A DNA stretch of 64,000 nt from Bdellovibrionales bacterium (lineage in GTDB: Bacteria > Bdellovibrionota > Bdellovibrionia > Bdellovibrionales > UBA1609), in the NCBI GenBank assembly GCA_965199825.1, contig OZ241329.1:2496001-2560000 (forward strand), read 5' to 3'. Under the pieces are notes generated by a model. It was not told the origin of the DNA. It was given only the letters and a program-made list of their open reading frames with translations, and did no database searches. Shown in pieces: positions 1 through 8,436 of the stretch (position 1 is the first letter of the stretch; each line of letters begins with the position of its first letter). Position numbers and translations under genes: made by a program.

Positions 1-1
1 A

Positions 2-403
2 ATCTTTATTTTTATGTGTGGCTGTGCCCGCCCCAATTATGAGGCCGCGGCTGAGAACGGCGAATGTGCATTTATCAAAAAAAATGACCTCTGTCCTTTG
101 ACCATGTCGGGGCTCAACTCGTGTGCGGAGTTGCGATTCGAAAAATCGCCTGAGCTCGGCGGCGAGGATTCGGCCATTTTGCATTTCTCAGAACCGCTCG
201 CTGATAATGTTCATTTTGAAGGTCGACTCGTGATGCCCGCCCATGGGCACTCGTCGGCGCCGCCAATTTTTGAGCGCATTGATCAAAAAACATTTAAGGT
301 TTCGCGCCTTAGATTTTTTATGCGTGGCGAGTGGGAATTGCATTTTGAAGTTTTAAACGATCATCAAACCGTGGATCAAAATCGTGTGGCTATTTGTTTA
401 TAG
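2..403 (+). CDS. YtkA/FixH-like Ig-fold lipoprotein, 5'-truncated by the window
   Basis: Frame is open from position 2 (IFIFMCGC, lipobox-like). MPAHGH motif and C-terminal FFMRGEWELHF are typical of YtkA-like domains. Confidence 0.6.
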   Translation: MFIFMCGCARPNYEAAAENGECAFIKKNDLCPLTMSGLNSCAELRFEKSPELGGEDSAILHFSEPLADNVHFEGRLVMPAHGHSSAPPIFERIDQKTFKVSRLRFFMRGEWELHFEVLNDHQTVDQNRVAICL

Positions 404-1232
404 TTTAATTTTTGTAAAAGCCTTTGGAGCCAGTTGTTGTGGTGGTAATTTTGTTTTGCCAACCTTAATCACCAACGACGAGCGCGGCATTGTCACCATG
501 ACGAGCGGCTTAGAACTGCCGCAGGCCGAAGTCGACACCCAAGGTGTGTGGCAACGCCGGCTCGATCAAGAAAAAACACTTCATTTTGATTTTCATATGG
601 CAGCTGCCCTATCTGACCGATGGCAATTTGGTGGAACACTGCCCACCTTTTCGCGCCAAAGTCAGGAAGGCCACGGCGACGGGGTTGGTGATCTGCATTT
701 GCAGCTCGGTTATGAGTACATCTCAAGTTTGAACTATAGCGAGTATCTCCCTCAAGCGATTGGCTTTTTGCAGATTCTGTTTCCGACGGGGCGCACATTT
801 TCTGAAGGCGAAGCCCTGAATGTGGGAGGTCGCGGATTTTATGCATTTGGTTTGGGGAGTGCTTTTATAAAACAATTTTCGCCCTTTGATGTCTTAACGA
901 TATTTGAATTTCATCGCAGTTTTCCATCGCATCACTTGCACCCCGGATTTGGCGGCACCTGGGCCCAGAGTGTGGGCTACAACAGGGGTAACCTCCGCCT
1001 TGGTGCAAATCTCAATTGGCTTTATGAAGATCCGGTTGAGGTCGAATTTAGTGCGATCGTAAAGCCGTCTTTAAGTCGTTTGACAACCGCCGGAGTCTCA
1101 ATCAGTCAAGTGTTTGCCGAACAGTGGGCGCTCTCATTAGGTTACACCGATCAAACTTTGATTGGCTCGCCGCTCAACGCCACGCTTTCGCGAATGATCT
1201 ATTTAAGCCTTCAATATCGCAAATTTCGCTAA
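384..1232 (+). CDS. Outer-membrane beta-barrel, MetA-pathway/transporter-like, with N-terminal CCGG motif
   Basis: Signal peptide then ASCCGG; GDGVGD and FPTG motifs; alternating beta strands; aromatic-rich C-terminus; overlaps the upstream gene. Confidence 0.55.
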   Translation: MWLFVYSLIFVKAFGASCCGGNFVLPTLITNDERGIVTMTSGLELPQAEVDTQGVWQRRLDQEKTLHFDFHMAAALSDRWQFGGTLPTFSRQSQEGHGDGVGDLHLQLGYEYISSLNYSEYLPQAIGFLQILFPTGRTFSEGEALNVGGRGFYAFGLGSAFIKQFSPFDVLTIFEFHRSFPSHHLHPGFGGTWAQSVGYNRGNLRLGANLNWLYEDPVEVEFSAIVKPSLSRLTTAGVSISQVFAEQWALSLGYTDQTLIGSPLNATLSRMIYLSLQYRKFR

Positions 1233-1241
1233 TACAATAAA

Positions 1242-1709
1242 TTGAACTTAAGAAAGGACTCTTTTGTGCAATACCTATTCGTGTTTTTTATTTTGTCGTC
1301 GCCTGCCTTTGCGGTTCTTGGCGAATCCGAAACTTCGATCGAGAAAGTGCGCCAGCATTATAATGGCGAGGCTCTTCAGTCGCCCCAAACTTTTAAGACA
1401 TATTCCCGCAACAGTTTTAAATCCCCCGACGGATTTATCATCAGAGAGTTTATCAATCCGAGCGGTCAAGTTTTTGCGGTTGCTTGGAAGGGCCCAGCCC
1501 ATCCCGATTTGTCTTTGTTGATGGGTCAATACTTTGATGAGGTGCGGGTTAAAAATCGCGAACCTCATCAAGCCAGAAAACCCTACCTCCGACGCCAAAC
1601 AGAAAATGTGGTGATCACCAAATGGGGACATATGAGTGATCTTCATGGTTATGCCATTATACCTTCGCTCACACCACCAGGTGTTTTGGAAAAGGAGATT
1701 CACGAATGA
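1242..1709 (+). CDS. DUF2844 family secreted protein
   Basis: PAFAVLG cleavage site; IREF..GQVFAVAWKGP..PDLSLLMGQYF and GHM..LHGYA..P signature. True start may be GTG at 1266. Confidence 0.8.
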   Translation: MNLRKDSFVQYLFVFFILSSPAFAVLGESETSIEKVRQHYNGEALQSPQTFKTYSRNSFKSPDGFIIREFINPSGQVFAVAWKGPAHPDLSLLMGQYFDEVRVKNREPHQARKPYLRRQTENVVITKWGHMSDLHGYAIIPSLTPPGVLEKEIHE

Positions 1710-2914
1710 AACTTCTTTTGTGTTTTAATCTTTTGTTGATGGCAGGCTGTACTGCTTCGGGATCGTCGTCATTATTAAGTGTAGGGACTGGTGGACACAC
1801 TTTTACTCGTGTTAACGGAAATAATGTGATGGACGTCTTTGTGAGTGACTCTACTCATTGCGGTCAAAATATTTACGACAACGAACCGTGTGTCACCGTG
1901 CATATTTGCGAGGTGGGTTCGACCACTCAATGCCTCGATATTCCAAATATTTTGCTTGATACCGGAAGTTTTGGGCTGCGAATATTTTCGAGTCTTGTGA
2001 CAAGTTTAAATTTGAATCCCGTAATGATCGGCGCAAACAAATTAGCTGAATGCGCACAATTTGGAACAAATAATGACTGGGGACCTGTAGTCACTGCCGA
2101 TGTCGTTTTAGGTGGCGAAAATCCAGTGACCATTCCGATACAATTGATCAATTCAAGTTTTGCAACGGTACCCACAAGTTGCACCGATATCGACACTTCA
2201 CCCTCGACCGCGGGTTTCAATGGGATCTTAGGCGTAGGTCTCAAAAAATATGACTGCGGCAATAACTGCACATCATCAACATCGAGCGGACTTTATTATG
2301 CCTGCTCAGGTTCGACATGCAATCCTTCAACAGTGCCCTTGGCAAAACAAGTTCTGAATCCCGTCGCGGCTCAAACTACCGACAACAACGGAGTGATTTT
2401 AACACTGGGATCGGTCTCAAGTGGAGGAGAAGATACAGCTTCGGGACAATTGATTTTAGGAATTGGAACCCAAAGCAACAATGGCCCTCCAAATACGATT
2501 ACGGCCTATCAAGCAAATGCCTATGATGTGTTCCAAACTACTATTCACAATTTGGGTAATTCAAATACGACATCGATGTCTGCATTTTTGGATAGCGGAT
2601 CGAATGGACTATTTTTTCCGTCCGACACCAACACACCCATGTGCTCGCGTGCCCAAGGATTTTTTTGTCCTAGCAATACGTTGAGTTTTATCGGCAGCAT
2701 CAGCGACACCGTCAACACCGCGACCATCAATTTTAATATTGCTCATGCTGAGATCCAATTTTCTTCGGGCAATCATGTTTTTGTGAATGTCGGAGGCGAT
2801 TTCGGCTTGAATCAGATGGATTGGGGAATTCCCTTTTTTTACGGCCGCACTGTTTTTGTGCAGCTTGAAAATACAACCTCACCGTTGGGCACAGGGCCCT
2901 TATGGGGATTTTAA
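1706..2914 (+). CDS. DUF3443 family lipoprotein, pepsin-like aspartic protease fold
   Basis: Lipobox MAGC; NEPCVTVHIC, LLDTGSFGLRI, NGILGVG, FLDSGSNGLFF and DWGIPFFYGRTVF; ATGA overlap with the DUF2844 gene. Confidence 0.8.
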   Translation: MKLLLCFNLLLMAGCTASGSSSLLSVGTGGHTFTRVNGNNVMDVFVSDSTHCGQNIYDNEPCVTVHICEVGSTTQCLDIPNILLDTGSFGLRIFSSLVTSLNLNPVMIGANKLAECAQFGTNNDWGPVVTADVVLGGENPVTIPIQLINSSFATVPTSCTDIDTSPSTAGFNGILGVGLKKYDCGNNCTSSTSSGLYYACSGSTCNPSTVPLAKQVLNPVAAQTTDNNGVILTLGSVSSGGEDTASGQLILGIGTQSNNGPPNTITAYQANAYDVFQTTIHNLGNSNTTSMSAFLDSGSNGLFFPSDTNTPMCSRAQGFFCPSNTLSFIGSISDTVNTATINFNIAHAEIQFSSGNHVFVNVGGDFGLNQMDWGIPFFYGRTVFVQLENTTSPLGTGPLWGF

Positions 2915-2917
2915 ATT

Positions 2918-4939
2918 ATGGTGTGGATTCAACTTCTTTTGAGTTTCGCCACAGCGAAAACAGTGACAATCCCCTACTCTGTCGATCCCGCAACACGATG
3001 GATTGCAACCGCATCAACAAAAAATATTTTGGTGCTCGAACGGTTTGTGAAATTTCCTAAAGCAACACTTCCGGTGTCCTCCATCTCGATGTCGGTTCAT
3101 CCACACAAAGTCATGTCGCGCGAAAATGCATATGCCGAAGCTTTTTCGATTGCCAAAGTTTTTCAAGATGCAGCTCATGCACAAGATTGGCAGATCGAAA
3201 AAAACGGCGACTCCATTTTATTTCGGAGCGACTGGAAAAAGCACAATCGCCAAGTGGAGATGATCTATAAAAATTTAGGCTCACGTTACGCATTTTCGAT
3301 GGCGGTTACACGTCGAGCATTTGCACTCCCGGTCGTGGCCGAAGCGCATGTGATCATGGAGCAGTTCCAACAACGAGCCCAAATTAAAGTTTCGGCTCTT
3401 GAGCAAATGGGCGAATGGTTTTTTGGTCAACGTGCCGAGGCCGCACTCACAGGAGCACTCAATACACCCTACGGAAACTTTGGCGGCAGTGTTAGTATCG
3501 ATCAGGCCACGCTCACTCGGCTCGATAATAGTTTGACCGGGCTTGAGCAGAATTTGCTGAATCCTGTTGTGAATGGCGCAAATAATGTTGTTGGAAACGC
3601 AGGGCGGGTTGCCGGCCAAACTATTGATCGGGTGAGTGCCGCGGGCAACGGATTGATCAATAACGCTACTGGGGCTTTTAATAATGGAATTAATGGAGCA
3701 CGCGGGTTGATTAGTCAGGGTGAGCAGAGTGCAGATCGAGTGATTGATCACGCTCAAGCAGCCGTTGAAAAAGCATCATCGTTTCAAAATTTGTTTACCG
3801 CAGCTTTTGCGGCAGGAGCTGGTGGTGCTGCCGGTGTGGCTGCGGCTCAGCTTGTGATCGATGGTTCAGGCCAACTCGTTCATAGTTTGTATTATAACCT
3901 TATTGGGAAACTGGATCCTGATGAGCGCGATAAGATGAAAGCTGACGCCAATAAAGGTTTTGCCGATCTCCAAAAAAGTGCGGAGGATTTAACTCTTGCC
4001 GAAATGAGAGCGGATGCCCAACTTGCAGCTATCGAAACTGGAGGTGGAGATCTTGCAACAAACAGTGGAGAGAATTTAACTTATAATCTCGGTATGGCAA
4101 AAAAATTAAACGACGCTTTTAATGAGAAATTTAAAATTCCGACCACAAACGAAACATGTAATGCCAATTCTTATTATCTAGATCAGCGCGGACAGCTGCT
4201 CGACACGATGATTAAAATTGTAAAAGGCAAGTCACGCTCTGTCGTTTGCGAACAGGCAGAGGATTCACTCAACCAGTGGACGAGTGCGGCTCTGAGATTA
4301 AATCTCGCCCGCCAAAAAGTAGCCGCAAATGCTGGTGAAATGGCGGTGCAAATCAAAACAAATTTGATTGATGCTTATAATCCTGTTGGCAACCAAAGAA
4401 AGCGAGACAATGAGTGCTTTCGAAATGATCCTCAAGTGGAACAAATGATTGGGCCATTAATTGAGGACTGCTTAAAGAAAGGCAATTCTCGAGAATATTG
4501 TGATTCTCAATATACTCAAGGCGATACATTCAAACAGGTGTGCAACGATATCAACAAAATGAATCGCGAGAGGCCGATGGCCGCGATGCAAACCAACGCT
4601 CTTGCGCTGTCCGGCCAAGAAGCTCGAAATCTGCGTGACCTTGTTCAAAAATTGGCAGTTGCAGACTGTCCACCTGGCGATACATCTGGAACATGCGCAA
4701 AATTTGCACCTGAAGGTGGTGAATTCTTTCGAGCTAAAGCTCGCTATAATAAATTGGTTGAAAGAGGCCTCAGGGATTGTCCCAACTTTCGCCCTATACC
4801 TTTTCCCGCAGATGCTCCTGCCCCACAGATTGCCGCAACCTCAACAACCAATGAAGAATTGAGCGAAAAACAAAGCCCATCTTTTTGGTCGAGCCCAATT
4901 CGCTTCGTCACCAATTGGTGGGATCGCCAGTTTAGTTAA
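2918..4939 (+). CDS. Secreted hypothetical protein with Gly/Ala zipper and Cys-containing helical C-terminal half
   Basis: 673-aa ORF with signal peptide, Asn/Gly-rich repeats and hydrophobic AAFAAGAGGAAGVAAA segment; starts 3 bp after DUF3443. Confidence 0.75.
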   Translation: MVWIQLLLSFATAKTVTIPYSVDPATRWIATASTKNILVLERFVKFPKATLPVSSISMSVHPHKVMSRENAYAEAFSIAKVFQDAAHAQDWQIEKNGDSILFRSDWKKHNRQVEMIYKNLGSRYAFSMAVTRRAFALPVVAEAHVIMEQFQQRAQIKVSALEQMGEWFFGQRAEAALTGALNTPYGNFGGSVSIDQATLTRLDNSLTGLEQNLLNPVVNGANNVVGNAGRVAGQTIDRVSAAGNGLINNATGAFNNGINGARGLISQGEQSADRVIDHAQAAVEKASSFQNLFTAAFAAGAGGAAGVAAAQLVIDGSGQLVHSLYYNLIGKLDPDERDKMKADANKGFADLQKSAEDLTLAEMRADAQLAAIETGGGDLATNSGENLTYNLGMAKKLNDAFNEKFKIPTTNETCNANSYYLDQRGQLLDTMIKIVKGKSRSVVCEQAEDSLNQWTSAALRLNLARQKVAANAGEMAVQIKTNLIDAYNPVGNQRKRDNECFRNDPQVEQMIGPLIEDCLKKGNSREYCDSQYTQGDTFKQVCNDINKMNRERPMAAMQTNALALSGQEARNLRDLVQKLAVADCPPGDTSGTCAKFAPEGGEFFRAKARYNKLVERGLRDCPNFRPIPFPADAPAPQIAATSTTNEELSEKQSPSFWSSPIRFVTNWWDRQFS

Positions 4940-5288
4940 GACTAAGATCGCGTTCATTCTGAGTCGGGTTTCTAATAGGGGCTGAAAATTTAAGAACTAA
5001 TGAAGCTAAACAGAATTAGTAATATAATTTCCATGACGACGTTTCATGTTATGACAGCCTAGCCTCTTGAAACTGTTGCTATATGGTAAACACATGATGA
5101 GGCCATCGACCGATTAGAGGTCGACGCGGGCACGACAAGATTAAATTGATATCATGACCTCGATCCTTTTTTTTGTGTTGGCTTTTCGGAGCCTCATTTT
5201 AAGTCAAGATCAGGAGATAAATCAGCTTGAGAAAAAACCGTCCTGGCTGAGTGCGAAGAATAAAATTTATTAAAAGAGTATGATCGAT

Positions 5289-5627
5289 TTATTTTCTTAT
5301 TGGCCAAATTCCAGTTCCATTGCCGGGCTCAAGTGGATCGGGCACACTTCTATTCAAATTTTCAATTTCAAAAGTTTGTGGCGGAATTAGCCGACCTTGA
5401 GCTTTGACCTGGGAATTCGCAAATAATTCAGCCTTTGCCATCAAACTCATTTTTTGTTCCTCCTTTTTTGGAAATGCAACTTTAAGAATTCTCTCCGACA
5501 GGGTTTTTGGAAATAAAATTATTTGATATCCATCATTTTTTTTGAGCTCTCCAATAACAAGATGGCTGGAGCGAGCCAAACAGTTATTATTTATTAATAA
5601 AAATCCTATAAAATAAATTCTGAACAT
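5289..5627 (-). CDS. Small secreted hypothetical protein
   Basis: 112-aa ORF with signal-like N-terminus, overlapping the stop of the upstream peptidase. Confidence 0.55.
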   Translation of the reverse strand: MFRIYFIGFLLINNNCLARSSHLVIGELKKNDGYQIILFPKTLSERILKVAFPKKEEQKMSLMAKAELFANSQVKAQGRLIPPQTFEIENLNRSVPDPLEPGNGTGIWPIRK

Positions 5628-6967
5628 GCCGATTTGCTTTCCTTAGTTTTTTCTGAATTGTATTTAGCGTCAAAGATTTTGCGTTCTGATTCCATAATAT
5701 CTTGAGCGGACTCATAAAGCTGAAGATTCAAACCTGTATTGTCTGTTGAGCCTGCTTGGCGCTGTTGAGCCAGGTCTTTGAATTTCGGATTTGTTTGTAT
5801 CAACCTCTCGCGCTCAGCCTTTAATTCTTTTTCATGACTTAAAAAACGATCAAGGTATTTCTTATAAGCTGGGTTATTAATATGCCTTGCCAGGTTTAGC
5901 ATTTTATCCAAAGAGGCTAGCGTTTCAAAATCTACTGTTAGATCAGAGATCTTAATTTTGGTTTTTCCCAATTCCACAAGGTCGATGGCTTTGCTGCGAA
6001 GGTTTGCGTATTCTTGAAGCTTCGCTCTAAAGGTCATTTTATCGATGTATGACATTCCACTTTGGTTTTGAATGGCGGCACTAATCGAGGAAATATTTTT
6101 TTGAAACACTTGATTACTATCGCAGTTGGCCATGTTCTTGACCACGTCAGAAGAATCAGATTCGATGTTGAGTCGCAGCTGGCGTACCTGATCGGTGGCA
6201 GCTTGTCCTGCAGGGGTATTGATTTCGGGAATTCCTGGACCGAATAGAGCTCGCCGTGTAGTTAGAAAAATCTCTTCTAGAGATTTGCCCGGTTTCATCT
6301 CGTTGCCGAATATTTTGCCAAAATCAGTGTAAGAAACTGTTGTCGCAGAGGCTGCCGAAATCACGCAGGTGTTGCTATTTGCAAGTTCTTGGGTTGCTCC
6401 CGAGTAGCAGCTGACGTCAACGATTGCGAGTTTGATATGTTTCTTGTTTGCGACATCAATAATGTTTGAGAGAGACGCCAAGGTCATAGGATCGCGGTCA
6501 CTTGTTGCGACCTCATGTGATGGATATTTCTCATTCGGTGGAGCACCGTGAGAATTGATAACAATGAGTAACTGACCACCCGGAGGAATTTTGTTTTGAT
6601 CGAGTAGTGCATAAACGGTATCTAATTTATCGAACGCATTTGCTTGCGTGAAGCTTGACGCCTTAGAATCTAAATTTTGGGCAAGAATTTTCTCGGTCGC
6701 TTCATGACCTCCATTAAAACTTGCGGTTGTGATATATTGACTCGCGTTCAAACCTTTAAGGGTTGCTTGAAGGGATCGATCAAAAATAGTTGCAGATCCA
6801 TCCGGCTCCCCTCCACCGCCGAGAACCACCGCAACTTTTTTATGTCCTGACAATCTGTCGAGTTCAATCAGTTGATGAGGCTCAAGCGGGATTTGATCAC
6901 TGCCGATAGCAAAAGCAAAATGAGTGTGTGAAAATAGCGATAAAATAACGAGGATTTTGTATTGCAT
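5606..6967 (-). CDS. Secreted clan CD (caspase/C13-like) cysteine peptidase
   Basis: Signal peptide; His-Gly (INSHGAP) and Cys (VDVSCYSG) dyad motifs, each after a hydrophobic beta strand. Confidence 0.7.
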   Translation of the reverse strand: MQYKILVILSLFSHTHFAFAIGSDQIPLEPHQLIELDRLSGHKKVAVVLGGGGEPDGSATIFDRSLQATLKGLNASQYITTASFNGGHEATEKILAQNLDSKASSFTQANAFDKLDTVYALLDQNKIPPGGQLLIVINSHGAPPNEKYPSHEVATSDRDPMTLASLSNIIDVANKKHIKLAIVDVSCYSGATQELANSNTCVISAASATTVSYTDFGKIFGNEMKPGKSLEEIFLTTRRALFGPGIPEINTPAGQAATDQVRQLRLNIESDSSDVVKNMANCDSNQVFQKNISSISAAIQNQSGMSYIDKMTFRAKLQEYANLRSKAIDLVELGKTKIKISDLTVDFETLASLDKMLNLARHINNPAYKKYLDRFLSHEKELKAERERLIQTNPKFKDLAQQRQAGSTDNTGLNLQLYESAQDIMESERKIFDAKYNSEKTKESKSACSEFIL

Positions 6968-7403
6968 GGGATCAACGTTAGCATATTGAAAAAGGTAATT
7001 TACAGATTATGTTTTGGCGCGGGATGTTGGCGTGAACGATGGTATGTCGGGCGATCTTCAGCCTGGCACGATATACGGATTACCGAATTGGTCTTTACTT
7101 TTAGTTGAAATTCAGTAATTTCGCCTGCCGATACAGTAAGAGTGCTGACTTCAAGCGTCAATGAAGTAAAAGACAGCAAAACTTCTTCCAAAAAAAATTT
7201 ATTCTCAGTACTTGAACCCAAATCGGTACAACTGAAAACATAAACACAAAATATTTAAATCTAAGATTCGAGTTATCAAAACTATCGCCGCCGGGGGGCC
7301 ATTCGCGCTTCATGGTTTTCAGGCTTTACATGCACATAAAACGCTTACCGATTTGACACCGCCAAAATTTCGGTGGTTCGCTAGAACTGTATTTGTTCTC
7401 ATA

Positions 7404-7419
7404 AGGCGCTAAGCTTGCA
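7404..7419 (+). promoter_or_regulatory. Sigma54-type -24/-12 promoter for the GH16 gene
   Basis: AGGCGC-TAAGC-TTGCA has exact GG-N10-GC spacing and ends 36 bp before the ATG. Confidence 0.5.
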
Positions 7420-7455
7420 TAAAATAAATAAACCGCATCAGAAAGATGAATCAAA

Positions 7456-8409
7456 ATGATACGAATTTTTTTTGCTTTAAATGTTGTGGCTGTGTTCTGT
7501 ATCTGCGGCATGCAGGGCTGCTCAAGTTATCATGCCTCTCAACTTTTAGGAAATTCGAGTGCGAGTTCGGTTGCAACACCATCTCCGTCACCATCAAGCA
7601 CGCCCGCAATTGCTCGACCCTCACCAATATCTGATTCTGCCTATGCCAATTGGACAATAAAATTTGATGATGAGTTCACCTCTCTTGATAGTATTTCTTT
7701 AGGTTCGGTATTCAATGGAGCCAAATGGTATAACGGCACTGAGCAATGCTGCATGGGTGATTTTATCCAAACACCCAGCGGAGTTGTTGGCACTGGCTTT
7801 CCGGCGGTTATGTATCCGACTCAAGTCAATTCGATTTCAATTAACCCGTACACTCTATTGTCAGGTGGTGGCCTCGATATCACTCTAAATAAAACAAAAG
7901 ACTCCTGGTATTCGGGAGTATTAACAACAGTGGATAAAAACAAAATTGGTTTTACACAAAAATATGGTTACTTTGAAATCAAAGCCAAACAACCAACTGG
8001 CCTTGGAGTTTGGCCTGCATTTTGGTTGCTCAGTACCGATCCTGCTATGGGTGGTGAAATTGATATCTTCGAATACTATGGAGTGTCACAAGGCCAAGGA
8101 TTTTGCACCACGCTCCACGACTGGAGAAATGGTGGAACAGCCATGGACAATGATCACGCATGCCCAAACAATCTTGTCGCAAAGGATGTTCTCACAAATT
8201 CCTACCATACTTACGGGATGCTCTGGACCGAATCAACGATGACATTTTTCTTGGACGGGACACCAATGTTTAACCGCGCCACACCCGATGTGATGAAGCA
8301 GCCTTACTATATGCTAATCAACAATGGAGTTGGGGGTTACTGGCCCACCGATCAAACACCGACTCATACCGATTTTGAAATATTATATGTAAGGACCTAT
8401 GGTCCCTAA
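7456..8409 (+). CDS. Glycoside hydrolase family 16 lipoprotein (beta-glucanase-like)
   Basis: Lipobox MQGC, Ser/Pro linker, FDDEF, YGYFE, WPAFW and catalytic EIDIFE. Confidence 0.9.
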   Translation: MIRIFFALNVVAVFCICGMQGCSSYHASQLLGNSSASSVATPSPSPSSTPAIARPSPISDSAYANWTIKFDDEFTSLDSISLGSVFNGAKWYNGTEQCCMGDFIQTPSGVVGTGFPAVMYPTQVNSISINPYTLLSGGGLDITLNKTKDSWYSGVLTTVDKNKIGFTQKYGYFEIKAKQPTGLGVWPAFWLLSTDPAMGGEIDIFEYYGVSQGQGFCTTLHDWRNGGTAMDNDHACPNNLVAKDVLTNSYHTYGMLWTESTMTFFLDGTPMFNRATPDVMKQPYYMLINNGVGGYWPTDQTPTHTDFEILYVRTYGP

Positions 8410-8436
8410 CTCACGAGCAAATGTGCTCAAAAAAAT

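Noticed and set aside
5154..5273. 39-aa ORF MTSILFFVLAFRSL... just after the solo GCGGGCACGA motif
   Set aside because: No SD, very short and no recognisable homology; cannot be supported.
7000..7260. Possible decayed lipoprotein gene (VFSC followed by the 73-aa ORF, minus strand)
   Set aside because: An in-frame stop precedes the lipobox-like segment and no family is recognisable; too weak to call a pseudogene.
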